63,724 nucleotides of DNA from Bacteroidota bacterium. GTDB lineage: Bacteria > Bacteroidota > Bacteroidia > Cytophagales > Cyclobacteriaceae. The notes beneath the pieces are model-generated. The model was not told the DNA's origin. It made no database searches and was given only the letters and a program-made list of their open reading frames with translations. This document shows positions 47,125 through 56,279 of this stretch, piece by piece (position 1 is the first letter of the stretch; each line of letters starts with the position of its first letter). The position numbers and the translations under genes were made by a program. The stretch spans positions 1 through 63,724 of the forward strand of contig JBCBHL010000001.1 of the NCBI GenBank assembly GCA_038525605.1. The letters are read 5' to 3'.

Positions 47125-48840
47125 CTACAATAAGAATTTCTTCCATGTATCTATCCAATACTTTTGCCTGAAGGTGGAATCCTGCGTATCCCGGATTTCA
47201 TAAACGCCTGCATATGATCCATCATCAAGCTGCAATAGGTTCGGGTCGTTTAGACTATTAATCTTTTCCTTCACATCCGGAAATGGCTCTTCATTTTTCT
47301 TCAATTGATTAACAGCATAGTCGACATATTCCAGATAATCCTTATTTTTTACTACTTCGGAAGGCAGATTAGCCATAATTGCATCCCCCAACCACCACCT
47401 GATCTGAAGGTCATTATCGGCCCAATATTGCTTTTTTGCCCACGGGCTTAATGTGATTTGTTGATTGATATCCGTCTTGCTTAAGATTGGGAAATAATTT
47501 TTGATTTGTTGTTTATTCGGATCATTAACCCCATAATAATAAGCTGCTGCTGAATAGAGGTAATAAAATGAAATATTTCTTAGGTAGTAAGCATCCCATT
47601 CATCTACTAATACCTTCTTCATCAGGTGATTCAACACTGCAAACCAAAAAGTATCATTCCAGAACTGCTGCATAGCTTCTGCATGTTTTTTCTGAGTGTC
47701 ATTTTCATTTGAAATCGTGTCCAGGTTAGCCGAATGCATTGATATCAGATCTCCTAAGTTTGCACCGACGTTGACCTGAATATTTCCCCAAAGTTCATCT
47801 TTGAATAAAATATAATCCTTAACTGTTGGTGGGATATCAAAAGTGTATTTCCCTACTGTATATGGACCCTTTTTGCAATTTTCGACAATATCATTAAGCC
47901 AGGTATTCACACTGACTAATATCTTTTCGGCCTCTTCGATAGAGTTTACTGGTACTGTAACAATTTCAATCGCTGAATCCGAATACAACTTACCTGCCTT
48001 ATATAGTCTTCTATTAACAGGTGGGTGATCTACTTCAGCTTTCCACATGCCAGCTACCTCATGGATGAGCTGTTGATAGCCAGGATCGTACTGAAAACGA
48101 AGTTCTGCATCTGCTTTTTCATAAGCTTCTGATTTTTCCTCACTGGCATTCTCCTCATCATAATCACTAATGATTTGCTGATAATGCTCAATACCCAGCA
48201 TTTTCGTGATCTTAGCGTTTTTGTAAGCGTTAAAAACTGGTAGAGTCGTCTCAATCTCTAGACCTACTTTAGCATTGGCACTCTTCCTGACGCGTTGTAT
48301 AACCTGCTTATCGGCAATTTTGCTGCTCTTTGCACCGTTAGCTGCTGAATGACCTGAAAATTGGTTTGCCTTATCGCCCATCACATCGGCCTCTCTTTCC
48401 AGACTTAGATCGTCGTTGATATGTATTCCTCTTTTAAATTGAAAAGATGGTTTCACCCTTCCCTGCTTTTGCTGCACAACATGCCACGCTTCATGAGGCA
48501 GGTGTTTTTCCTGACCTGGACCCAGATGAATATCAGTGCCTTGTGCATAGGCTAAAGCATTGAGTTGGGCCGGCCTGTTAGAATTGTAATGAACTTTCAC
48601 ATCATCCATGGAGTAACCGGAAAGATTCTCAATACCTGATTTAAGTTGGATTGGCAGGCCGTTGGCTCTTTCGCCTCCGGGAGAATTTGCCGCTGTGTGG
48701 TGATTCATCGTCTCTCGGAGCTTTCGCTGATAAACAGTGAGGAGACGATAGTCTGCAATAGCCACAGCACCATGAGAAGAACCTGCTGCTTGTCCCGCAG
48801 GCTCTTTTTCTTCTTTAATTTCGGTTTTTGCTGATTTCAT
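47125..48840 (-). CDS. DUF4157 / eCIS-core domain protein, C-terminal family C
   Basis: 571 aa. N-terminal block HEAWHVVQQKQGRVKPS. C-terminal blocks VGLEIETT, AIEIVTVPV, GNIQVNVGA, YFPILSKT and GVYEIRD. Confidence 0.8.
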   Translation of the reverse strand: MKSAKTEIKEEKEPAGQAAGSSHGAVAIADYRLLTVYQRKLRETMNHHTAANSPGGERANGLPIQLKSGIENLSGYSMDDVKVHYNSNRPAQLNALAYAQGTDIHLGPGQEKHLPHEAWHVVQQKQGRVKPSFQFKRGIHINDDLSLEREADVMGDKANQFSGHSAANGAKSSKIADKQVIQRVRKSANAKVGLEIETTLPVFNAYKNAKITKMLGIEHYQQIISDYDEENASEEKSEAYEKADAELRFQYDPGYQQLIHEVAGMWKAEVDHPPVNRRLYKAGKLYSDSAIEIVTVPVNSIEEAEKILVSVNTWLNDIVENCKKGPYTVGKYTFDIPPTVKDYILFKDELWGNIQVNVGANLGDLISMHSANLDTISNENDTQKKHAEAMQQFWNDTFWFAVLNHLMKKVLVDEWDAYYLRNISFYYLYSAAAYYYGVNDPNKQQIKNYFPILSKTDINQQITLSPWAKKQYWADNDLQIRWWLGDAIMANLPSEVVKNKDYLEYVDYAVNQLKKNEEPFPDVKEKINSLNDPNLLQLDDGSYAGVYEIRDTQDSTFRQKYWIDTWKKFLL

Positions 48841-48957
48841 TATGTTGATCTATTCTCCAATACAAAGTGTACTGAAATTGCGTTCATTAGTCGTCGGCGG
48901 ATTGTGCAAAAAGACGCATTCAACCAAAAACAGATCAAATATTGCATCTTTCACCCG

Positions 48958-49045
48958 GCGCGCAATTAAATAACTATCCGGGAAGATAACTATCACAAAA
49001 CCGACATTGTCTGCGAATTGCCTAACTGCGATCTTAATAATCAAA
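48958..49045 (-). repeat. Conserved upstream-leader block, copy 3 (upstream of the 47125-48840 gene)
   Basis: gcgcgcaattaaataactatccgggaagataactatcacaaaaccgacattgtctgcgaattgcctaac... Confidence 0.7.
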
Positions 49046-49219
49046 ATGTTGTTGATTGATGCTTGTCTGGATACAGCTTATCTGGACCAATTAACAAGTT
49101 TTGAAGAACTGCTTTGATACCTAAAGTACCTATAAAAAGTTTAACCAGGCTTCATTATGTGACCTGAATTCTCCTGTTGATGAAAATACCAACAAGGGCA
49201 AGGATTAAAAAGAGAAGTC

Positions 49220-49722
49220 GGATAATGCTTACTTTTCCATTTCTGCAAATTGACCTTTCTACTTCACAAACGCATTTCTCCTTTGTGCAGATTGACTTTT
49301 CCACTTGACAAACGTATTTCTCCTTTGAGCAGCTGCATTTTTTAACTCGGTAAATGGACTTTTCTACTTGACAAACGTACTTTTCCTTTTGACAGACGCA
49401 TTTCTTCTTTGCACAGAAGCATTTTTCAACTCGACAAATGGACTTTTCCTTTTTGCAAATTGACTTTTCCTTTTGACAAATGCATTTCTCCACTTAACAA
49501 ACACACTTCTCCATTTGACAAATACATTTCTTCACTTGACAAACGGACTTTTCCTTTTGACAAAAGCACTTCTTCTTCGTGCAGATGCATTTTTCCACTC
49601 GGCAAATGGACTATTCTATTTGACAAACGTACTTTCCTTTTTGCAAATTGACTTCTCCGCTTGACAAACGCATTTCTCCTTTGTGCAGAAGCATTTTTCC
49701 AATCGGTAAATGGACTTTTTGA
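49220..49722. repeat. Degenerate 21-bp tandem repeat array, about 24 units, approximate + strand consensus cTTGACAAAcGcATTTCTCCt
   Basis: Read directly from the sequence. Units such as cttgacaaacgtatttctcct, tttgacaaatgcatttctcca, ttgtgcagaagcatttttcca and ctcggtaaatggacttttcta follow head to tail with no spacers. One unit is 20 nt. Several reading frames on both strands are open. Confidence 0.85.
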
Positions 49723-49753
49723 GGCATTCGGAAAAAAGCTGACTGTTTTAAAG

Positions 49754-51877
49754 TCAATTAACGGCTTTCAAAATTTTTCCAACATTTCCTTCCCGGACTT
49801 CAGCGACATGCAGGCGCATATCAGGCCATAATGCTGGCAATTGCACATTCGCCTGATCAAGGTATGTGGCTTGTCTGGCTCCTACCAATGTGTCATCATG
49901 GTCATACAAGTGATTTGTTGTCGGTTTGCGATTAGCTACTCTATTTTTTCCATTGTTCAGTACATCGATCAAATTTAAAATCAACGTGTCGATATCCCGG
50001 ACTAATCGTTTGTGCTTATCCTGCTTACCGTCCATTTCAATTTCATTAAACAATTGTGTATCTCCACTGATCTTCGTAAGACCTTCTTTCAGTGAACTGA
50101 TTAGTGCTTTGAGTTCAACTTTGTTTAGCACTAATGCCATACTGGCTACATGATCTTTGATCCACAAGACACCCGGATTTTTCACCTTGGAGATGAATTC
50201 GGCATGCATTTTTACTGTTGCTTTGAGAATCGTAAATGCGAAAGAACTTGATTTTGTCTTTGAATCTTTAATTGCCTGATACAGTTTGAGCTGAGCCTGC
50301 TTTAGATTACTCAGATCATCTATGATCAGAGAATTTGCCAGTTTCCTGATAACTTGCTGATGTACGGATATCAGCTTTGGACTATGGTAATTTAGTCTAA
50401 TCAATTTCGCCAGCAACTCTTCAGTTTCGACAAATCGTTTGGTAATTACAGCATGAGAGAGGTTACTTTTCATTTGGTCAAATAGTGCAATTGTTTCCAT
50501 GTCAGCAGCGAAATTAATCTGAGACAACACCCCATTTTCAAGATGGTCATTGTTTTTACCTTTGTTACCTAACCCCTTTGAAAATCCAGCTATTTTCTTA
50601 CTTTCTCCTATCCTGATTTCTGAGAGTGAATCTTTATCTATGATCAGCTGATCAGCGCTGATGAATCCTCTCACTTTATCAATATTCGTATTATGAGAAA
50701 GATGCTCAGATTTGATTTCTACAGGGTTCAATGTAAAGTTCAGTCCAAAATTTGTCTTAAATCCTCCGATTAAACCCAGGATGGTATGATCTGTTGGTTT
50801 TTCGATCAATGAATGAAGGGCTTTTTGAAACAACACATCTATTTCGTTAGCTGTTTCCCAATAGGGCAATGGTCTGCCCTTGCTAGCTGGAAGCAAAAAA
50901 GGAGGTGTCACTAGTTCCAGGGCATTCATCGCGTCCGTTTCCAGCGTAAACGGCAGTTTAGTCAGAGGCATTTTCTCCATGCTTTCGGATATTTCCAGGT
51001 GAGAAACCCCATTTAATGGACTATTGATCATGTCTGCAAACTCATGTTCATAGCCTGCAGTAGTCAACAAGAATTCAAAATCCTTTTGGTTACTTCTGAC
51101 CAGCTTCTGAAATACGATTTGATGCCCGATGAAATCACAGATTTTACCTTTAGAGCTACGAAAAAGTCCGAAATACTCCGGAAGCACTTTTTCCATTCTC
51201 CCAGACAGTTCTTCGAGGTTGCCGAAAGATTTACCTACCTGATCATAGGCCGGGTAAATATGGGTTGAAAAAAGCTTTTGATTTTCACCCGTCAGATCAA
51301 GGTGCTTACTGATTTCTGTTTCATTGAGCTCTTCTTTATCAACTTTTACTTTTCTCTGAACAACGGATGATTGTCCGTAAAAGCCATTGACTTGTAAAGG
51401 TTTTATACTATTTGCAGGAAGCTGCGGACTGCCTGAGTTATTTACCATATTGCCCACCACTTTTTCACGTGTAGTATCAACCAAATATCCATTGACAAAT
51501 TTGTCCCCTGCCGGAGTGCCGTTCATCCTGTTATCGATGGCATGTGCTACTTCATGACGGATGTTATGTGGTGAATCCTGCCCCGGACCGAAGTGAATCC
51601 GATTCCCCTGAATAGTGGCTTCTGCATGGAGCCTGGAAGGAAGAGAGGAATTGTGAGTCGCCTTCAAGCCGGATGTATCCACACCATATTGCAATCCCAT
51701 CTTTGCTACGATTCGGTCGAATTTTGAAGTACCGTTCATTCTATCCAGAAGCTTTCTCTGGATGGTACTATTTGGACGATGATCATTTATTTGAGCTAAT
51801 TGATCGTTATGCGATTCAGTTCTTTCGCGGGCATATTTTTTTTCTTCTTGCTCAGTCTTGTAACATTTTGCTTTCAT
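49754..51877 (-). CDS. eCIS-core/DUF4157-like (variant HEVAH subtype) protein with a large C-terminal module distantly resembling family C
   Basis: 707 aa. N-terminal block YGVDTSGLKATHNSSLPSRLHAEATIQGNRIHFGPG...IRHEVAHAIDN. C-terminal motifs AGYEHEFA, ALELVTPPF, SQINFAAD and LHVAEVRE. Confidence 0.75.
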   Translation of the reverse strand: MKAKCYKTEQEEKKYARERTESHNDQLAQINDHRPNSTIQRKLLDRMNGTSKFDRIVAKMGLQYGVDTSGLKATHNSSLPSRLHAEATIQGNRIHFGPGQDSPHNIRHEVAHAIDNRMNGTPAGDKFVNGYLVDTTREKVVGNMVNNSGSPQLPANSIKPLQVNGFYGQSSVVQRKVKVDKEELNETEISKHLDLTGENQKLFSTHIYPAYDQVGKSFGNLEELSGRMEKVLPEYFGLFRSSKGKICDFIGHQIVFQKLVRSNQKDFEFLLTTAGYEHEFADMINSPLNGVSHLEISESMEKMPLTKLPFTLETDAMNALELVTPPFLLPASKGRPLPYWETANEIDVLFQKALHSLIEKPTDHTILGLIGGFKTNFGLNFTLNPVEIKSEHLSHNTNIDKVRGFISADQLIIDKDSLSEIRIGESKKIAGFSKGLGNKGKNNDHLENGVLSQINFAADMETIALFDQMKSNLSHAVITKRFVETEELLAKLIRLNYHSPKLISVHQQVIRKLANSLIIDDLSNLKQAQLKLYQAIKDSKTKSSSFAFTILKATVKMHAEFISKVKNPGVLWIKDHVASMALVLNKVELKALISSLKEGLTKISGDTQLFNEIEMDGKQDKHKRLVRDIDTLILNLIDVLNNGKNRVANRKPTTNHLYDHDDTLVGARQATYLDQANVQLPALWPDMRLHVAEVREGNVGKILKAVN

Positions 51878-52100
51878 AGTTTAACTCCCCTTTCATATAA
51901 CATCAGGTGATTCGAATTGCTCTGAATTTTCGATCCGGCATCACTTCTTCTTTTCTTCAGACTGAGGGAGTTTGATATAAAGTCATACACGGTGCTTAAT
52001 TCGGGTACTTTTCAAGTTTATTTTGATACTTAGTTCCTTCAGCGTATCTCCCCATTTGTTCTTTCAATTGTTCCATTGAATGAATGACATAAATGTTTGT

Positions 52101-54203
52101 TTAGTCCTTGTTTAATGAATTCAAAATCTCATTCATAGTATTTTTATGCTTTTCGCCAGCTTTTAGTATGCCGACAGTATTGAATTTTTTTACGTTTTTT
52201 TTATCAGGGTAATCTAATAAATAGCTATGCCACAAACCCAACCATTCTGTCTGTTTATAAGTGTTGTTTTGCAGATACCTGATCTCAAATACGCCGGCAT
52301 GCTTATCATTTTCTATTGCCAGATGCTCTGGATTGGTAATATTGTTATTAAAATCATACTGTTTGTCAGCGGCTAACCCTTGTAATATCTGTATTAAAGA
52401 TCTTATCTGTTTGAGCAATGATTTGTGTTTTCCGGAACTACTGATTGCCAGGAAAATTGCTTCTGTAAACCTGGTCCTAAATGCCTTTTGATGGTCATCT
52501 AGTTTGTCTTTGATACCCCATATCTTCTCTCGGTTTTTCCAGGCACTTAGATTTGTTTGTATTTCCACCGGCGTTTTGAGTAAGATTGGGAATTTGTTTT
52601 TCGGGCTGGACTCATCAGTCATCTTTCTTAAATCTGCCGCCAGTTGATAGATGTGTTGAAACATGATGTTTCTAAGAAATGGTTCGTCTTCCGGGTTGAT
52701 AGTAAAATCATCATACTTTTTTAGCCGTTTTCTTTCTTTATAATTGGTCTGATTTGAAAATTTTTGCTTTTTCTTAGCCATCAAAGGGTTTGTCCATCGA
52801 AAAGCATTGAATTCAGCCTTTACTGATTTCCAGAATTCATCACTTCCAAAATCGGCCAAAATATCAGTTAGGAATTTTTTGTCATCAGGATCTTTTACGT
52901 CTTCAAGATTTGTATGAAACACGTCTATAACATCCTCTAAGGTGGCACCAATGTTCACTTGTATATTGCCTTTTAGCTGACCACCTTTCAAATAGTTTTC
53001 AGCAATTTTATCATGTTCAGGAATCTCATAAGTAAATGCCCCCACTTCAAATGATTTAGTTGAATAAACAGGTTTTAACCATTGCTCTATATCATCCATT
53101 ATATCATCTGCCTGCTGTTTACTTTTAACAGGATCTGTCACAATTTCAACCCCCATATTGGATGCTAAGTGACCATTTCGATAGCCTTCCACAGTCATAG
53201 GTACTTTTTCACTTACTGCCTGCCAACCTTTACCCTGGTGTAGTAGTTTTCCAATTGGAACATCAAATACTCCAAGGAATGCACTTTGTATTCTTCCAAT
53301 ACACTGTTTTAAAGGAATATCAGCAGCTTTACCATCAAGATGATTAATAATAGAGGGTCCAACTTGGGAATTGGTTAAATTAAGAACTGCCATTAATGCT
53401 TTAACTTTTTTACTCTCTTCTTGGTTTATTTCACCTTGTTCACTGTTATCCAACCCATTTAACAGACTGATTAAATGCATGGCATTTTTATGCTTGTCTA
53501 ATACATGGATTTCTTTTTCTTCGTATTTCTTTCCTTTGTAGGTAACACGTTCGCTTTTTGACCTTCTTACCGGTAAACTAGTTTCAATTTCCAGACCTAC
53601 CCTAGCACCTACAGTCTTTTTGATTCTTTGGCATTGTATGACTTTAGATAGAGCAGCAATCTGATGATTATTTCTTGTATCCTTATTTTGGATGTTATCT
53701 GATTTTGATACCTGGCCTTTCCTTTGAATTGCCTTATCTCCCATCAAATCAGCTTCCCTCTCCAAACCAGCATCATCGTTGATTTTCAAATTACTTCGCA
53801 GTTGTAAGGTAGGCTTTACCCTCCCTTGCTTTTGCTGCACTACATGCCAGGCTTCATGCGGTAAATGTTTTTCCTGACCAGGTGCCAGGTGGATATTAGT
53901 ACCATGTGCAAAGGCATGGGCATTTAGTTGTGCAGGTTTATGTGAATTGTAGTGCACTTTCACATCGTCCATTGCATAACCGGAAAGATTTTCGATTCCG
54001 AACTTCAGTTGAGCAGGTAATCCGTCATTTCTTTTACTTAACCGAGGATAAGATATTCGTTGGTGATTCATCGTTTCATGGAGCTTTCGCTGATAAACTG
54101 CACCCATGCGATTATCAGCAATAGTTGCGGTTCCTTGTAAAGGCTCTGCCAAATACTTTGCCGGCCCTTTCCGATCTTTGATTTTGATTTTTGATGATTT
54201 CAT
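52101..54203 (-). CDS. DUF4157 / eCIS-core domain protein, C-terminal family C
   Basis: 700 aa. N-terminal block HEAWHVVQQKQGRVKPT. C-terminal blocks VGLEIETS, GVEIVTDPV, GNIQVNIGA, KFPILLKT and GVFEIRY. Confidence 0.8.
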   Translation of the reverse strand: MKSSKIKIKDRKGPAKYLAEPLQGTATIADNRMGAVYQRKLHETMNHQRISYPRLSKRNDGLPAQLKFGIENLSGYAMDDVKVHYNSHKPAQLNAHAFAHGTNIHLAPGQEKHLPHEAWHVVQQKQGRVKPTLQLRSNLKINDDAGLEREADLMGDKAIQRKGQVSKSDNIQNKDTRNNHQIAALSKVIQCQRIKKTVGARVGLEIETSLPVRRSKSERVTYKGKKYEEKEIHVLDKHKNAMHLISLLNGLDNSEQGEINQEESKKVKALMAVLNLTNSQVGPSIINHLDGKAADIPLKQCIGRIQSAFLGVFDVPIGKLLHQGKGWQAVSEKVPMTVEGYRNGHLASNMGVEIVTDPVKSKQQADDIMDDIEQWLKPVYSTKSFEVGAFTYEIPEHDKIAENYLKGGQLKGNIQVNIGATLEDVIDVFHTNLEDVKDPDDKKFLTDILADFGSDEFWKSVKAEFNAFRWTNPLMAKKKQKFSNQTNYKERKRLKKYDDFTINPEDEPFLRNIMFQHIYQLAADLRKMTDESSPKNKFPILLKTPVEIQTNLSAWKNREKIWGIKDKLDDHQKAFRTRFTEAIFLAISSSGKHKSLLKQIRSLIQILQGLAADKQYDFNNNITNPEHLAIENDKHAGVFEIRYLQNNTYKQTEWLGLWHSYLLDYPDKKNVKKFNTVGILKAGEKHKNTMNEILNSLNKD

Positions 54204-54334
54204 TATGTTGATCTATTCTCCAATAACTGATGTATCAAAGTTGTCTTGATAAATCCGCAAACTACAATATCAGGCTACTATCAAAAAAAGTAATACTTAA
54301 TAAGATGCATATCACTTTCTTTATTTTTCAAATG

Positions 54335-56179
54335 CTACGAAACCTTGTTTGGCGTTTTTTTTTTTTGTATTTTGAAATCATTGGAATCAAGTGGGGCAAC
54401 CATTCCCTCTGGTAATGTATTTTTTATTCTTCCCTTTCTGTCCATTCTATTTCGGAAATCATGAAAGTCTTCCAAATAGGCAGGCTGCCTTTCCGGACCG
54501 ATTTTATGACTCAAACTCCAGGGAAATAAAATTTGTACTTTTACGGAATAAATCCTTTGCAGCAAATTGATATATTGCGCATCATTTTGAATTTGCTTAA
54601 TCGCGTCGTATTGGGTCACCATCCTTTCAGTTGGATCTTCATCGTTGTTTTGTGCATCGTGAATAAAATCCCTGAACAATTTCATCTTGATATGTTGGGC
54701 TAAATCCAGCATCATAGCTTCTGCACGATCTCCCGGCTGCTCTCTCTCCCCGATTGTTTCAAATTCTTTTAATTTAGTTTCTTCATCTGATTCATGCACA
54801 CCTACTATAAACCCAGGTACCTCGGAAGAATTATCCCTTCCCTGAACGTATTCATTTGCCATCATCAAAGATCCGGGTTGATTTAGAATCCATCTAAGCG
54901 GACGACTATATCTCATACCACCTGACATGGCTAAATTACGAATTTCGGATGCAGCAAATCTGGTAGGTCTTGGAATCATTGTATTATGTTCCAGCCAGCC
55001 AAATACATAGGCGTAATTGCCAGTGACAATATCTGTGTCAATCACATTTCCAACTGTTTCGGTATTCGTATCAAATGCCGCTGAATCTTCATACAATACT
55101 TCATCTTGCTGATTCTCACCTGTCTCCGGCACATTTGTTTCTCTATTCTTTTGCAGATCTAGCCTCTTTCGCAAGCTGTCAATTGCTCCTGCTTTGTCGA
55201 TAATTGATTTATCAACTTTATTAAAATAAAAACTGAACAATAGTTGATCCAGCATATTTATAAATCTTGTACTGATATCTTGATATATCTCATCAAGAAA
55301 CTGCAGCTCATCATTATCTTTATTATTTTCATATTCCTGCATTAGTTCTAATCTTTTATTTTTATCATTTAAGATGATCCCACTTTTAAAGACGAAGAAT
55401 GCTTTTTCTGCATTTTCCTCTGTTTCCTCGATCATCCCGATAATTCTATTAATCGTGGTATAATTCCAGACACCTCCATATCTTTTCCAGACCTCCTCCA
55501 ATAACTCATTGATCCAGGGCGTTTCTACATCGTCCCGCCTTTCAGAGACTAATTCCTTCACTCTCTCTTTAGAACGAACATAGGCAAAGGGACCATTGCC
55601 ATTTTTTATCCTTAGCTGGTGAACTGACCGTCCTGAAAAGGAAACAGCATTGAACCGTTCTGCTGCTGGCGATCCTCCGTATGATAGAGCTTTTGCCCCC
55701 ATCACGTCTGCCTCTCTCTCCAAACCAGCATCATCATTGACCGCTATCTTTCCCTGAAACTGCATAGTGGGTTTCACCCTCCCCTGCTTTTGCTGTACCA
55801 CATGCCAGGCTTCATGCGGCAGATGTTTTTCCTGCCCGGGCCCCAGGTGGATGTCTGTTCCTTGTGCATATGCAAGAGCATCTAGTTGTGCTGGTTTTGC
55901 AGAATTGTAATGCACATTTACATCATCCATTGCATAACCGGAAAGGTTCTCGATTCCGGATTTAAGTTGGTCTGGTAATCCGGTTGCGTTAGCCTTTCGC
56001 TGCAATGGTAAATTGCCATTACCCGAAGAATCCTCAATGGCATTTTTTAACTGGCGTTGAAGAACGCATTTCGGTTTGTAATCTACATATCCGGCTCTCG
56101 CCTTGCCACCTGGTTCATTCGATACTCGCAGGATTGTTTTGGTTTGTTGTTCATAGGCTTGATTAACTATCTCTTTCAT
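54335..56179 (-). CDS. DUF4157 / eCIS-core domain protein, C-terminal family D (shared with 39075-41063)
   Basis: 614 aa. N-terminal block HEAWHVVQQKQGRVKPT followed by MQFQGKIAVNDDAGLEREADVMG. The C-terminal family D blocks are listed under 39075-41063. Confidence 0.8.
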   Translation of the reverse strand: MKEIVNQAYEQQTKTILRVSNEPGGKARAGYVDYKPKCVLQRQLKNAIEDSSGNGNLPLQRKANATGLPDQLKSGIENLSGYAMDDVNVHYNSAKPAQLDALAYAQGTDIHLGPGQEKHLPHEAWHVVQQKQGRVKPTMQFQGKIAVNDDAGLEREADVMGAKALSYGGSPAAERFNAVSFSGRSVHQLRIKNGNGPFAYVRSKERVKELVSERRDDVETPWINELLEEVWKRYGGVWNYTTINRIIGMIEETEENAEKAFFVFKSGIILNDKNKRLELMQEYENNKDNDELQFLDEIYQDISTRFINMLDQLLFSFYFNKVDKSIIDKAGAIDSLRKRLDLQKNRETNVPETGENQQDEVLYEDSAAFDTNTETVGNVIDTDIVTGNYAYVFGWLEHNTMIPRPTRFAASEIRNLAMSGGMRYSRPLRWILNQPGSLMMANEYVQGRDNSSEVPGFIVGVHESDEETKLKEFETIGEREQPGDRAEAMMLDLAQHIKMKLFRDFIHDAQNNDEDPTERMVTQYDAIKQIQNDAQYINLLQRIYSVKVQILFPWSLSHKIGPERQPAYLEDFHDFRNRMDRKGRIKNTLPEGMVAPLDSNDFKIQKKKTPNKVS

Positions 56180-56279
56180 ATTTATTTAAAATAATGTAAG
56201 CGGTATTTTCTATTTTAAACTACACTATTACTTAGAATTGATTACAACTTATAAAGCTTGTAAGATCAGTTTTTGATTG

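Noticed and set aside
35629-48834. Recurrent plus-strand ORFs of about 60-95 aa (e.g. 35629-35916, 38253-38456, 44363-44647, 45940-46203) with similar sequences (...LLSHHIGLSFQ...LLLLHDMPGFMRQV...)
   Set aside because: They are all antisense to the conserved DUF4157 coding block. Their mutual similarity simply mirrors conservation of the minus-strand domain.
49155-49664. Four overlapping ORFs (112, 80, 66 and 63 aa) on both strands over the 21-bp repeat tract
   Set aside because: The open frames follow from a repeat unit that lacks stop codons in most frames. The longest one (Cys-heptad plus TM tail) has only a GTG start immediately after an in-frame TAA, and the tract contains a 20-nt unit that shifts the frame. 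I report it as a repeat, with a possible decayed gene as a hypothesis, rather than calling a CDS.
49220-49722. Possible CRISPR array
   Set aside because: The units are contiguous with no spacers, are only 21 bp long, are degenerate, and no cas genes are present.
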